The position numbers and the translations under genes were made by a program. A stretch of 64,000 nt of DNA, from NCBI GenBank assembly GCA_973895155.1, contig OZ316897.1, forward strand, positions 12,833,375 to 12,897,374. The letters run 5' to 3'. The notes under the pieces were generated by a model. The model made no database searches. It was given only the letters and a program-made list of their open reading frames with translations, and was not told the DNA's origin. This document shows positions 11,120 through 23,869 of this stretch, in pieces. This DNA is from Marsupella aquatica. Taxonomy: Eukaryota > Plantae > Marchantiophyta. Numbering within the stretch: position 1 is the first letter of the stretch; each line of letters starts with the position of its first letter.

Positions 11120-11343
11120 TCAAGGCTCTCCCGCTTGTTCTCCTGGCTCCTCTTGAGCCTCTTCTGCCTGCGCTTCAGGTCCTTCCCTGTCGAATCGAGG
11201 ACCCAATTACTGTCTAATTATTGCGACCACATCGTAATGTGGTTCGCGTTCGCGATTATAACCCATGTCAAGACGAGCCTCATTCCCTCAAAGAGACAGT
11301 TGGACAGGATATTCAGCAGTATATTCAAAACGTTTGGATCCAT
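11120..11343 (-). pseudogene. Small orphan membrane protein, frameshifted copy
   Basis: Reads MDPNVLNILLNILSNCLFEGMRLVLTWVIIANANHITMWSQ*. A 1-bp deletion (tggtcgcaa versus tggttcgcaa) causes the early stop. Confidence 0.75.
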
Positions 11344-14300
11344 GTTTGACTGAAGTGCCTTCAGACGCGAAGGAGCAGTGCCAACTTTACCTAGCAATAT
11401 TAAACCGGACTCTACATTACAATCGCATTAGCCTGATTCGTCTCCTTCACATGCCCCATGTTTGTTTTCGTGGTTTATGCACTCTGACCCAAAACTTTTC
11501 TGAAGGGGAAACTTGCCCAGATTACTCTACTCGTCGTGACTTCCGCATTGGCACAGAAGGAAGGCACTCGAACTCACGGCTACGAAAATTCTGAACCAAA
11601 GGGGACTGGAACTAGACCGACAAACCTCAGTCAAACTGTAGACTGATCCTGACAGATCTCACCCTAATTAGATATCTCTTTGCTAGCTATGATCCTTACA
11701 CCCGGTCCATTTTGTTTAGGATATGGTTTCCTCATACTGGTAATTCATTTCCCTGGATATTGGTTTCTCAGCGTTTGACACACTGAAGTAAGCAAACTCG
11801 TGTGATAGAACTGTCAAACTGTCTTACAGAAGTAGATGCAGTGCAGATTCTTCCCCGTTTGGCATTGGGTGTGTATTGCCATAGGTCATTGGATCCGTTA
11901 AAATGGGACGCTATATGCGATTTGAATTGTCATTTCCTTTCGGTGTGAGGTTTTCGTCTCACTCCTTGTGTAATAAAGATCAAGGCTGACCCCTGTTTTT
12001 TCAGAAAGAAATGAAAAAGAAAACTGAAGAAATTGGGTCATCCTACTGGCCCAAAATGTATCAGATTCCTCCTATGAAGCTCCGTAATCGCTAACAAAAT
12101 CTTAAGATAGATGGTCGGGCAAAATACCAATTTTGTTGTCGGATACAGGCCTTGCAGGTCTGCTGGATGTCGCATGAGTGTGTTCTTCTAGAGCTGCCCA
12201 GCTACAACAGCAAAGTAGTCTGAACGTTCAGCCCTTGAGCTTGGATTGCCCAAGTTATTGCTTAGGGTGTTGTTGGAAAGGTGTTTATAGTCAGAAATTT
12301 ATTCTGCAGCAAACTTCCCCACAAGCAGCAGCCTCAGACCCTGCCCTCCAAGGTTCCTTGCTCGTCCCACTCGGGATCTATCATCGGACCCATATCTAGA
12401 ACGCGCCCGCTTCCACAAGACAAGGATCAACGATCCAACATTCCAGCCCTGCTGGTAATCACACATCAAATCACTAGGATTATCACGGTATGCAGGGGTG
12501 CCGTACATAGTATATGTCATATTTTGATGTACAGTTATGGAGACCCACATTCCAGTGCCCGTCAGAAAAGAGGAAAGAAATGTCTTGGCATTGGTGGCCC
12601 TTACGTCAGCACTCTGGACTTTATTCTTCAATAAAGTGACCACATCTGAGGAAACAATGAGTAGAGATCTGTACGGTAGTGTCCTAGCAAACCGGAAGTC
12701 AAGACACACGAGTACTAGTTCATGTTCTGGTATGGATTGATTTCATTACTCCTGGTTTATGTTTTGCTATTCAAAGAATGCTTTGGTTTGTGTGTGCCTA
12801 AAGGAATCCACTGAGTACGGCAGCCACGATTCACAACAAAGAGTCAACTTCGGGTTCCTACCCTGCACGAGTGTGGAAACTCAAGCGACAGCGAATGTCG
12901 TGTTTGCTACGATGGGCGAATAACCTCAAGTTAGCTCATGAAGGGGATGAGGATGAGACAACATGGGTTCTGAGTAAGGCCACAGAGCGGTACAATGCAT
13001 GGAGGAAATCTAAACGCTTCACCAGCTTGCTCAACGCTGTGAAATCAAACGTTGAAGATTTGTGGAAAAATCATAGACGCCAAATTGATCCAGAGGAGAT
13101 GCGAGCTTGGGTATGTGCAATATATATGTAGTTCATGTTCTGTCGCTATGAGGTAAGTTCATTGTAGTTTATGTTCTGTCGGTGCCAGGTATATATGTGC
13201 AATGTAGTTGATGTTCTGTCAGTATGAGGTAAATTCATTGTAGTTTATATTCTGTCGGTACCGGGTACGTGAAATGTAGTTATGTTTTGTCGAGAAGGGT
13301 ATGTGAATTTTACTTTATGTTGTATTGCTATATTAATGCGGTAGTGATGTTTGACATATGAAATGCATGATTGTCATAGCTCGCATCCAATGTTCGTTCA
13401 TCTTGGCTATTGGGAACTTCTCCCATTCTGACTCCGGTGGAACAGGAGGCTTCCCCTTCCTAGGCCCTACAGCACATTGCCGAGATGGCGCCATTCCCTG
13501 CATGACAGTACCAGAGCAACGTTGAGTAGAACATAAACTGTGAATTTGAAGCAAGGGTTGGGAGCGACATTGAAACAATCCATTTAATTGGTAATACCAG
13601 AGACTCAGTACTCATATGACATGCAGCAGCGATCAACTGAATGAGTTGCTTACTTGAGCAGGATGTCCGAGTGAATTGTCGGGCTTGAGTTTCGAAACCG
13701 CGCGAAGGCAAAATGTGATAGAACCTAAACAATGACACAGTATTTGCAAATGAGGAAAAAACCGTTTGTAAAGCCTTAAACCCCCCACAATGCAGACGTA
13801 GATTGCAAGGTGCTGAAACATCCGATGCTTGCAATGACGATCTCGTTCAAAGCAGTGGAATCACAATCCTGACGTTGTGTGCAGGCGAAGCGCGCTTGAG
13901 TGGTCTGGCAGGGTTTCGACAGCAGTCGACTATCGAGACGGGGCAGGGGAGGGGAGGGGAGACGGTTCGTGCTCCCGCCCGATTTCAAAACGGACGGACG
14001 ACGGACGGAATGGCAGTTGTGGCGGTCGAAATCAAAATGGTAGAACATAAACCAAAGTCGCGTCGGGGAACGGGCAGGCTGCATTGGATTTCGTGACGGG
14101 CAGGGTACGGGGTGCCGCTAAACTTGGAGTGCATTAACGCAGCGTAGATTTAACGCAGGGTCCTATTTCTGTCCGACCAGAGCATCAAAATATTTCTCCT
14201 CCAACATAAAGGGTTGCCAGAATGTGTCCTCTAACAGGTCCGGACGGTGGGGCCTTCTTGTCTCCTCCAACATAACGAGTATACATTCTGGCTTTGGGTG

Positions 14301-16029
14301 CTGCTCTGTGCTGAAGTGAGCAATTTTGAATAACTAGGGGCAGCTCAAAGCTTCAAATTTGATGTACCTTAAATTAGTAGTTAAAGTTAGGAGACGAAAA
14401 AAATTATAACTAGCTTCTTAACATTTTCCATAAAGATTGATCATATTCTATGACCATAAATCAATGTAGAGACTAATGAAAAGAAAAAAAATTTACATAA
14501 CCCTGTGAAGAAGTTATAGTCATTTGCTTATGGCCTCCAAAACTATAATCTATATCTTTGAAGCTTTGAAACTCACTATTGAATCAGTTAGTGGGAACTC
14601 ACGTTTCACTGGAGCATGAAGCCCGACGCACACTGTACTGAGGGTGGACGAGGAAAAAGTGGGGGTGAAATATTACAGAGTAACAAAAATGATTTATTGG
14701 TTTGCATCCACAGTTAACTTCACCACACATACAGCCCAAGTGGTATTATGCTGATTAGAACATCTGCCTGGAAACCATCAGGGGTGCTCGTAGAAACTTG
14801 CCTTGGACATTGGGACACCACCAGTTCTGAAGCTGGAAATGCAAGTTTAGGGTTCAATGCAATACGGATGTAATGCAAGTATACAGACTTTCAGGTTTTG
14901 TGCATGGCTAAATAATTAATCATAATAAAACCTTTTGAGGGTACGTGAGGGTTGTGTTCCATTGGTCCTCAATCAGGCATACGCCCTCTCTTCGTGCTCT
15001 CTTCGAGGGTGCTTACTTTTGAGGGAAAGAGAAAAGTATTACGTCTGCTGTTATCCATTTGAATGTGTTTGTGTCTGCTTTTGCTATTTCTGTCAAGTAT
15101 AGCAAAGATTCTCTCTGTACTTGAGTTTTGTCTCGGTCAAAATTTCATTGCAGGTAATTTAGTCACGACGCTGAAGATTGTTTGCCTTTTTGTCATAGAT
15201 AGAGCTCATGCTCATTTTGCTAGGGTGCTTGTGAGGGCTGTCTACTTGGCTCTCTTTTTGCTCGTTTGTCCTCAGTTCTTTTCGGCTCCACAATGTTTTG
15301 GCTCTTTCAAGTTTATTTGGGCTTTGTGTTCCTTGTGGCCTGCTCTTGAAGGCTGTGTGCCTGGTTGCTCAGTGATTTGCCCGGTGCTGCTGATCTTTCG
15401 GCCCCAGTTCGTTTTTGTTGGCTGTGGTCTGTTTTACTCACAGTGTTCCGTCCAATTCTAACTTGTGTACTTGACAGAGGCTTTGTTGACACATCCAATG
15501 TGCATTGCATTTTGTATCATTTTCTGAGTCAAACTCTGCTTGGAAGGCTATACAAGACAGTTCAGGGTTCAATTCCCTGTTGGAGCTATGAGGTGAAGGG
15601 TTTGGCAAAGCACTTACTAGAAAAAAATGTGAAAATAATCAGAACACAGGTCGCAGGTAGGTGCCCTTGGATAAATGAATGACATTTGTTTCCGCTCAAG
15701 TGTACCGCTAATGATGCTGATGCCATGGGGAAGGATGTTTATGTTTTTTACTGAATGGTTGATAGTATCCAAAAAAATAATGTCATTTGCTTGGCTATTT
15801 TATATCTCAAAAACCAAATTCCAACATTGTTGATTTGTGAAAAATGTATCAAAAGTAATTGTTTCTTGGTGTGCTAAAAGGGCTTGAAATTAATCATTAG
15901 GGTAATTATTTTGATAAGTGTCTTATTGTAAGAAAATCAAAACTCTAATTTATGCTAAAATAAAATAGAGTGAAAAAACATAACGATGGTTTGCAATTAT
16001 AGCAATGTCGAGAATCATCTCTAGCTAGT

Positions 16030-16800
16030 AATGCTGTCCATGAAAATGGGAGTAACAACTAATGCTAGTGATTGAAGAATATATGCATTTAGAGAGCTCA
16101 CTCAGTTGTCAAATGCACACTAAAGCAGCCAGATCACAGTGTCTACCGGCATGGCATAGCATGGCATATGCATAGTGAGTTGCGAAGACTATGTCCAGAC
16201 AAATCACGAAACAGACCCGAAACAGAATGGGGTTCTTGTACAACTTATGGTGACTCACTATACGGTCCTCCTTGGAACGGAGACCGTAAAATTTGCACTT
16301 GAGGTAAACCCTAAACCCTAAAGTGTTAAAAATTGTAAATAGAATCTAAATTGTAATAAAAATTTCATTGTCCATGAGCACATGTGTCAAATTTAGTCAT
16401 ATGGACTTAACCAATATTCAAATTATGGTAACGCGGGGTTTTTGTTTATACATTGTTTTGAAAAGGAAAACATGAAAGCGTAATTCAGAATATAAATCTG
16501 CTTTTATGACCTAGGTCTAAGTGAATAGTGTAGACCATTATGTACCTGCGTCACCTACGTGTCGGGATTAAGTGGAGGGAATGGGGACAAAACTGAACAG
16601 TAAGGAATGTTTTTCTTGCAACCTTTGTCTTATTCACCTAAATTTACATACCCTGCCGGCGTCATTTAGTGTAGGGATTGGTGGAAGCAATGGAGACAAA
16701 TTATAATGAGTGTGAGCAATACTCAACTCTGCCTGTGCCGCTTAAGAGGAGGGATTAAGTGTAGGGCATGGGGACAAATTCAGTAATAAGGAATATTTTT
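16030..16800. repeat. Dispersed repeat with inverted copies at about 52050-52730 and 53760-54185
   Basis: For example, 16191-16285 is the reverse complement of 52599-52692, and aatgctgtccatgaaaatgggagtaacaac matches 54140-54182 inverted. Confidence 0.75.
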
Positions 16801-17181
16801 CCATGGTGTTTTTTATCTACTTCTAATGCAATGCCGCTAAAAAGCTTTTTATATGCTTACAAATTCAGAAATGGAGGGAACAAACCTGAGCCGTCAGATG
16901 TTTTCAAATATTTTTTTCTGCTCTTGGATTGTTTGACCAAGTATGTCAAATGATATGCTTATTTTAATAGTAAATACAAAGTATATGAGATTATACTTAT
17001 CTGACGTGAGATGATATTTATGTCACATTATCTCAAATGGAAGGAGAATCTTTTGGGGCATGATAAATTTTTGGATTTTTGTATAGCCTATGAGAGTCTA
17101 GAAGGAAGGAAAATGGTGTTAATTTTGCTTCTTTCTCTTATTCTCTCCATTTAATTGTACATTTCTTTCTGTTTATTGAAT

Positions 17182-17661
17182 ATAAAATACACACACTTTT
17201 TATAGAAAGGGACCAAACACTGTACAAAAGAACAAACAAAAGAGGGTCCAAGTGGACAAAACCAAACGTAAAAGAAGTGAACAAAAGGGAACCTCAAAAC
17301 ACCAAAAAAGAGGAACTAAAAGTAAGAAATGAACAATAGGGAACCCCTAAAAACCAAGAAAGAGGGACTAAAACTAACCCAAACGGACCGAGGTCCACAT
17401 CATTCGTAGCAGATGTGGCAAAAAGCTAATGGTCCACATCAAGGGTCAAAACTAGATCGGCAAGTGGGATTGGAATATCCTCGAGGGGAGCTAGCCGCTG
17501 TGGAGGCACACTAGCACCCACTGTAAGAGATCGATGATAGATGGCCCGAGCTTGAGCACGCTGTAAGGTGACTGAAATGCGTTGGCGAAAGTGCATGATC
17601 AAAACAGATAGCGGGGGTCCGGTGGGACCCATTCGGCCATGAACATCCTGGGTGGGACCCA
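17182..17661 (-). mobile_element. 5'-truncated non-LTR retrotransposon 3' end, CRE/RLE-like
   Basis: Minus-strand frame HFRQRISVTLQRAQARAI resembles the C-terminal QR(L/I)SxxLQRxxA motif of restriction-like-endonuclease LINEs. It has a T-rich repetitive 3' UTR and a candidate TSD TTATTGAAT at 17173-17181 and 17662-17670. Confidence 0.55.
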
Positions 17662-18650
17662 TTATTGAATGATGCCAGTGTAAGAAAAAACGGGAGGAAT
17701 GGAGTGGTGTAGGAGTGAAGAATTAGTTCGTGGCTACATTTCTTTGGCCTTGTTTGAGTAAAAAGAATGTATATAATATTAGCTTTAACTCAAGTTGTGA
17801 GAGGCTATTGTGGTCCAAAATGCTATGGTATCAGAGATTATTCTGATGAGATAGTTTTACAAATTTTAGTGAAAGTATAGGAGAAATTAATTACCTCATC
17901 CAAATGTGATTTTGCAATCTTCTTCATAATGAACAGGAAAATAAAGGCCTTTAGTTTGTGTTTTGAGAGGCTAATGTGGTTCATAATGCTCTGTTAGCAT
18001 ACATTAAAATATTTAAGATCTATGAGATATTTTCACTAATTTTAGAATATTAATTAATAAACCCAAGGCACAATTTTTTCCGTTAGTCTATTTAGGCATT
18101 AAATGACACTATATTTGACCCCTGAAGTGCCCTGGACACTCAATTTGAGTTGAGGAGACTACTTTCTCAAGATCAATTGAGAAATTTGCTTTTCTCAACA
18201 AGGAACCCTGAGGTTTCTAGTAGCTGAGTCCTCTTTAGAATATTTGTCCCCCGATTTGTCAATGTACTTTCAAATAATTGGAAATCTTGGAGATTTCACT
18301 GAAGTTTGAATTTGGCAAGTTTTGAATTAGAGGTTAATAGACTCATGACCTTGATGCAACTATTCACCAAATGGAGAAGGGCAAAGCTTAAGCTTTCAGA
18401 AGATAGAAGTCGACATCGTGATAATCAGAAGCAGTTGTCAAAATCAGGCTTTTTTGCCTCATGCAACCAAATTCTCAACCTAAGAGAGTCAATATTCAAT
18501 TCGTGGCAAGTCCATTTGAAACCAGATCAAACCAGATCAATGTCTGATCAAATGAATTGTATCAATTCATTGAATTCAAGTTTCGACCATAGGTAGTAGT
18601 TTGCCTGAATTGCAAAAGGCTGGAAATCTTAATCCATGTGCTAGTTACCC

Positions 18651-18991
18651 TTTAACAAGGAAGTTATCAAGTTAGTTATTAGTCATTGTTTATTATATAA
18701 AAAATATATACTTTTCAATTTTTCAAATTTAATTTTTAAAATTGGATACGTAACTAAAACGGTTACATAGTGATAGTTTTACCCATCTTGCTCTTTGCAT
18801 TTCTAAATTTTTACATTTCTTTTTACGGCATGGCGTCCCAAAATTTACACACAAATTGACGCAAACACGAATAAAAACTGTAAGTTTGATTCACAAAACT
18901 GACCAGTCTTGTTTGTTGTGGTTGTTGTTGTTGACGTGGCACGCTCTGGTGGCAGGAATTTTGGAAGGGACCTCTCATGGGGTCCGTAAAT
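18651..18991. repeat. Dispersed repeat of about 340 bp (second copy 39377..39713), probably part of a non-autonomous TE
   Basis: Both copies run from tttaacaaggaagttatcaagttagttattagtcatt to gggacctct..tggggtccgtaa. Confidence 0.85.
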
Positions 18992-20559
18992 AGGAAAAAG
19001 GGGGAGAGAAAAAATAAAAATATTCCCCTCCCAACACTATCAAAGCACCTGTGTGCCATCATCTCTCTTGCACTCTCTCTCACCCTCCCACATCCTTGCT
19101 CTCCCCAACAATATAGTTTTCACAACAAAACAACATCTTATTCCCTTAAAGCTGGGATAGACACAAATATTTGAGAAAAAGCCCCCATGACAAACACAAC
19201 CTGGGTGGACATAGAACAAACCTAAGATTGTGCTTGTATAACACGCTTTTCACTTGTGCTCCAATGGTGACCTGTACGGAGCTGTCTGACCAGGAGAGGC
19301 TTTTTGGTTGTTTCTTCCCGTAGTCTGTCCAGGCAGCAGTGATGGAGGAGGTTAAACGTACTTAACGTAATGTCTAAATCTTGGTTAGCTTCCATTCATA
19401 AGACACGTGTAATCCATTTTGGGTGTCATTAGGATTGGTGTTACAGTGTCAACAGGCTGTGTCCATCCGGGTTGCCCCTACAAACGTTTGTGTCTATCCT
19501 GGCTTTAAGATCTTATTCCAAAATGAAATAAAAATGCAAAAACAAAGTCAACTATTTTTACATGTTTTTATTATATATATATTTTTACTTTTTGTAGAAA
19601 ATGGGTCCCAAATTTGTTATTCCATCTATACTTCCAATTGGGCCTCCAACATTCTCTTTGAAAATCTTTTCAAAAAATGCATCTTCAATGAAGGCCAAGA
19701 AGATCACCCTCCCAACATCTTTACTCTGACCACAAGACATGTCTTGCTTGACATGCCCCCTCATTTCTATTAGTCTTGCTTTTGCCCTAATTCATTCCTC
19801 AGTCGGGAGCCCATCTATTTGCCCTCATTTGCATCTTTTGTCCAGTCTTTTGTATCATTAACAATAAAGATTTCTTGCCCAACTCTTGCCCATGTACTCT
19901 CATCACCCATTTGCGCCTTATCCCATCTTTTTGTGTTGACTTGAATTACATTGAATTGATTACAGGATTTCATGTGCTATTTTGAACAAGATCTTCTCAT
20001 TGACAACACATTTCACAAGAAATGGGCAACTGAAGAAAGAATTATGGAAAATCCAATATTTTCAATTAGATCCACCTAAAAACCCCACCTTTTAATCAAC
20101 AATTCTTTATCTCACCTCAATGTATCTATGCAATGCTTTGGCATCGGGCTTGGCAACAACATGGCCGCAAGACCAGCATTAGATAGCCACAACTTCATCA
20201 TGACCAGAGTGACTGAATCATCCTCGGATTTTAATGAACAGTTCCTTACCTTACGTCAATGCATCTATGTAATGCTTTGGCATCGGGCTTGGCAATACCA
20301 TGGCCACAAGACCAGCTTAGCCACATCACCCTCATGACCAGAGTGACTGCATCATCATAATCTTGACATGGTCAACATATGAGATGTCTAAACAACTTTC
20401 TTGTCTCGCTTGCATTAATTTGCATTATCTACATTTCTTTGGCTCCCTTGTATCTTTTTGCATTTCTTTGCCTAGACTCAAAATGTTCACATCACCCCAA
20501 ATCTTTGCCTCAATGCTGCAACGTACATTTAAACTTGCCTCAACATTTTTTTGTCTTCT

Positions 20560-20717
20560 TTTGCCTTGACGTCTTTGCCTCACCTAGAAACATCTTTTGC
20601 TTATCTCAAAATGTTTTTATCTCCTCCGCTCACGTCGACATCTTTTCTCTCCTCAATTTTTTTCTCTCCTCAAAATATTCTCAACATCTTTTTCTCTCTT
20701 TGACATATTTCTCACCT
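20560..20717. repeat. Degenerate CT-rich satellite, left part (continues at 36217..36635)
   Basis: Repeated cttgacatcttttctctc / ctcaacatctttt motifs on both sides of the LTR-like insertion. Confidence 0.7.
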
Positions 20718-21704
20718 TGTCGCGCCCCTAAGCCGGGCCTTAAATCCAGTTTAGTTCCCTGGGGCGACCTCGACCACCAGTAGGGGTGAAGGTTTGGCCA
20801 AGGAGGTGTGTAGTGGCCTCGATTAGCCCTAAGTCGGGCTAAGTCGATATACTTATCGGTATAATATTTACGCAACTTGTACTGGGCATAGGTATATTTG
20901 TTTTCCACCGCTGGAATATTCCCACAGTTAGTGACTCGGACTAACTCCCGGCTTGGGGCTTTCAAGCCATCGACGCGACAGAACCTTGTGACATGCAATG
21001 GGTGGCAATCCCTACCATTAGTCCGCACCCGGTACGTCCCTTGAAATGGCGCCTTTGCCCAGACAAAGCATGCACACAACACCAGTTACTCGCGGAAACA
21101 TTAGAGGGAAAAGACTACATTTACTCAGCGAAGAATCAGTTTACATAGTTGACTCGACTTCTAAGGGGGTCAGCAGGCCCAACGGCAGTCGATGCCTAGT
21201 CTCTACGAGGCCCCGCCCCGCACTTGCCCAGCAAGCTCAACTCTGGCTCTCACTCCTTGGTGCGCTCTGACCCTACTCAGGCCGGGACTCCCCGTGCCTC
21301 GCCTTTTCTTACGCTGAGATAACTAAGCCTTCCCCCCCCTCCCACGGCGGGAGGGGGAGCCTAAATACTACGGTTGCGGAAGGAACCGGAGGATACTACC
21401 TTCCGGGGTAATGCCTACTAACTAACTACCTTTAGACTAACCGGCCGCATTCCTCTGACCGGTTGACCGTCGACAACAAGGGCGCTGACCCGGATGGCAG
21501 CAGCTAAGTCTACTGACCAAAATCTAGTCCGTTGATGGACTCTATCCTACGTTGGCTCATCCTAACTAATCCGATCCTAATTCTTCCAACTGTGCCGCTA
21601 ATCAGCGCCTAATGACAGCTATTCTGTCGTTACGCCTAACCAAAAGATGTCGTTGACTCAACTGCCTCGCGAGGCGCCTGCTCCCACCCTTCGCTTACCA
21701 CCCC

Positions 21705-22070
21705 TTACGTGCGAGCCGTGGTCGGACCAGGGTTTGTCCCCCTGTCGGGGCGAGACCTCGAGCCACCTTGATCAAAGGTGGGCCCAAGTCTGGCTCGCTG
21801 GAGGACGAGCAGAGTAACGCGGTCTTGCAAGGCCTTGTTATCCCATACCGCCTCCTCTGCCTTGTTTTCCACCTCATCGGCCTTTGTCTGGAGCCGTGCT
21901 ACCTCCAGGTTGAGTTGGTTAATGGAGTCGCGATGGGCCTGGTCCTGCGCCAGCAATTTATCCCGTTCGGCGGAGAGACTAGCTACCTGCTGAGCTGCTT
22001 GTAGGAATTGGTTGTTGAGGTCGGTCAGGCTGGTAACCCGAGCCCAGGATTCTGAGCGCAACTGAAGCAC
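21705..22070 (-). pseudogene. 3' half of the LTR-borne coiled-coil ORF (split by the DNA transposon)
   Basis: Joins in frame to 33713..34744 when the insertion and one TSD copy are removed (...DLKKLDDT|VLQLRSE...). Confidence 0.85.
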
Positions 22071-22078
22071 GGTGTCGT

Positions 22079-22094
22079 CCCTGGGCCCTCAGTC
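22079..22094. repeat. Left terminal inverted repeat CCCTGGGCCCTCAGTC
   Basis: Exact reverse complement of 33697-33712. Confidence 0.95.
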
Positions 22095-22475
22095 CTTGTA
22101 AAATATCCAGACCCCCTTGCGATCGGTCCCCCTCTTGGTGCCCATTCTTAATATTTTTTTGGTAATTTAAATTTCTCTTGTTACTTCTAAAAATCCACAT
22201 TTTGACCTCTGTTTATATCCTTTAGTTTTTATAAAAGGAGAAATTGAGATAATTTAATTCACCTTGGTCGGTTATAAAAAATTTAGTTCAAAATACAAGG
22301 AAAACACACAAAGCTAACTATGATGAAAATACTTGTATACTTTTATTATCAAAGTCTCTTGGGTATAGAGAATTCACAGATGTATTTTGTAGAATTGTAT
22401 GAAAGAGAACAATCATGCTATTAATAACTACAAGCAACCGGGCTGCTCTAGCAACCTTGTTTAGATTTCCTACAT

Positions 22476-22886
22476 CTAGCCTCCATCCTTATTAGGATGC
22501 ACTGTTAAGCAAAGCTTTATAGGCAATTGTGCAGGCCAAAAAATTTGATTGTAAAAGTGAGCTGGCACAACAGCACACATATGCTCAGATCTTTCAATCC
22601 TAACTATCCTACATAGCCCCTTCACACCTGACTCTACAATAGGAACCACAACATCACAAGCTTCTAAGCCTGTATCAAATTCAGACTCATCATCACAATG
22701 AACTTTAATCACTTTGGCTTCATCCTCTACAGGTTTCCTTTGTGCAGGAACTTCAATCACTTTGGCTTCATCCCCTACAGGTTTCCTCTTTGCAGATCTC
22801 CAAATTCCTTTTCTCACTCTGCCTCTTGGTACTGCAGGGCTTCCACGATCACGTTCGCACTTCTTCTTGACTCGAGTTAACACCAT
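22476..22886 (-). CDS. Small hypothetical protein inside the transposon (136 aa)
   Basis: ATG at 22886 follows a cag acceptor-like site. Basic N-terminus and a 48-bp in-frame duplication (RKPVxDEAKVI x2). No family recognised. Confidence 0.4.
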   Translation of the reverse strand: MVLTRVKKKCERDRGSPAVPRGRVRKGIWRSAKRKPVGDEAKVIEVPAQRKPVEDEAKVIKVHCDDESEFDTGLEACDVVVPIVESGVKGLCRIVRIERSEHMCAVVPAHFYNQIFWPAQLPIKLCLTVHPNKDGG

Positions 22887-23451
22887 TTTTTGATTGTAAT
22901 AGACCACAAGCTGATGTCAATAACCTGATCCACAATGGACCAAACCATATTATATCAGCAATATGAACTTAGCAAATCAGAGAATTGAAATGACATACTA
23001 TATTGAAGAGTGCAAGAAGTCACGTTGCAGGTAGGGTTTACCAATGAATTGCAGATGAAATGAATAAATTATGTACCCTTCCTTACTGCCTTCCCTGCAA
23101 CCAAACAATGTTTTTCCCACTATGAGATGGAAGTCTAGGGTAGGGATGTACCTTGGGCAACTCCACCTGATTACACTATGTTGTTCATTACAAAATTGTC
23201 GAGGGCAAGTACATCATCTGGATGTAACCTCGGGGGTCTCACTTCCACAAAAATGGCATATCACGTGCGACGAAGGATAGGGTCATTTTATTGGTTCTAA
23301 GGGAAGACTTAAGAATTTTTGTAGAAGAACAATAGGGTCTTTTAAATTCAATTTTGAGACTTATAAGAATATAAGGGTCTTTTTAATCCAAATTTTAGAA
23401 TATTCCAAGAATATTCCAACTTTATAGGGGTTAAAAAATAAAAAAATTTTC

Positions 23452-23869
23452 TTACATTTTAGGGGGTCCGAGGCCTAAAAACGTCGCAGGCGATGAGGAG
23501 GTCCCCATATAGTGAGACCCCCAAGGATGTAACTCAAAAACTGAAGGATACAAGGGATCAACTGTGAAATTGACTGTTGATATGACACAGTCCAAGTCGA
23601 TGGTCTGAGGATCACATATATTGTAGGCAAATTTATGCCTACGAGTGCCAATAGGAGTAAACCAATTGAAGACAACTTGACACCCTGCTTCAGAACCAGG
23701 CCTATCTAGCAGATCTAGTGCTTCTCTTGATCTGGCAATGGTACCCCCATACTTCCAATGTATGCTCTGTACTCTACCAATCCACCAACCATATTTTGGA
23801 CCAGGAGTAGAAGATGCAGGTACTGCTTCACCTCTTGGCCTTCTAGGATTCTGCACCGACTGTTTCTTT
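23452..23869 (-). CDS. Probable frameshifted C-terminal domain of the transposase
   Basis: Frame KKQSVQNP...GWWIGRVQSI...VVFNWF...DCVISTV looks globular. It joins the transposase if the G10 run (C 23870-23879) were G11. Confidence 0.6.

Larger units (their letters stand above)
10331..12705 (+). repeat. Older, more diverged copy of the ADH cassette (ADH 3' end plus about 1240-1730 and 2640-4505, with deletions)
   Basis: Colinear matches such as gacagaggtatgttggtaagttcg, ccttctaccaaggcc and aggcccaaaatgtatcagattcctcctatgaagctccgtaat. Confidence 0.85.

Noticed and set aside
12780-14160. Protein-like frames (12871-13131 +, 13333-13834 -) and a GC-rich end, possibly a TE or gene fragment
   Set aside because: No recognisable domain, TIR or TSD; not enough to call.
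16307-16322. AAACCCTAAACCCTAAA as a telomere
   Set aside because: Only two units; an interstitial telo-box, used only as a hint of plant origin.
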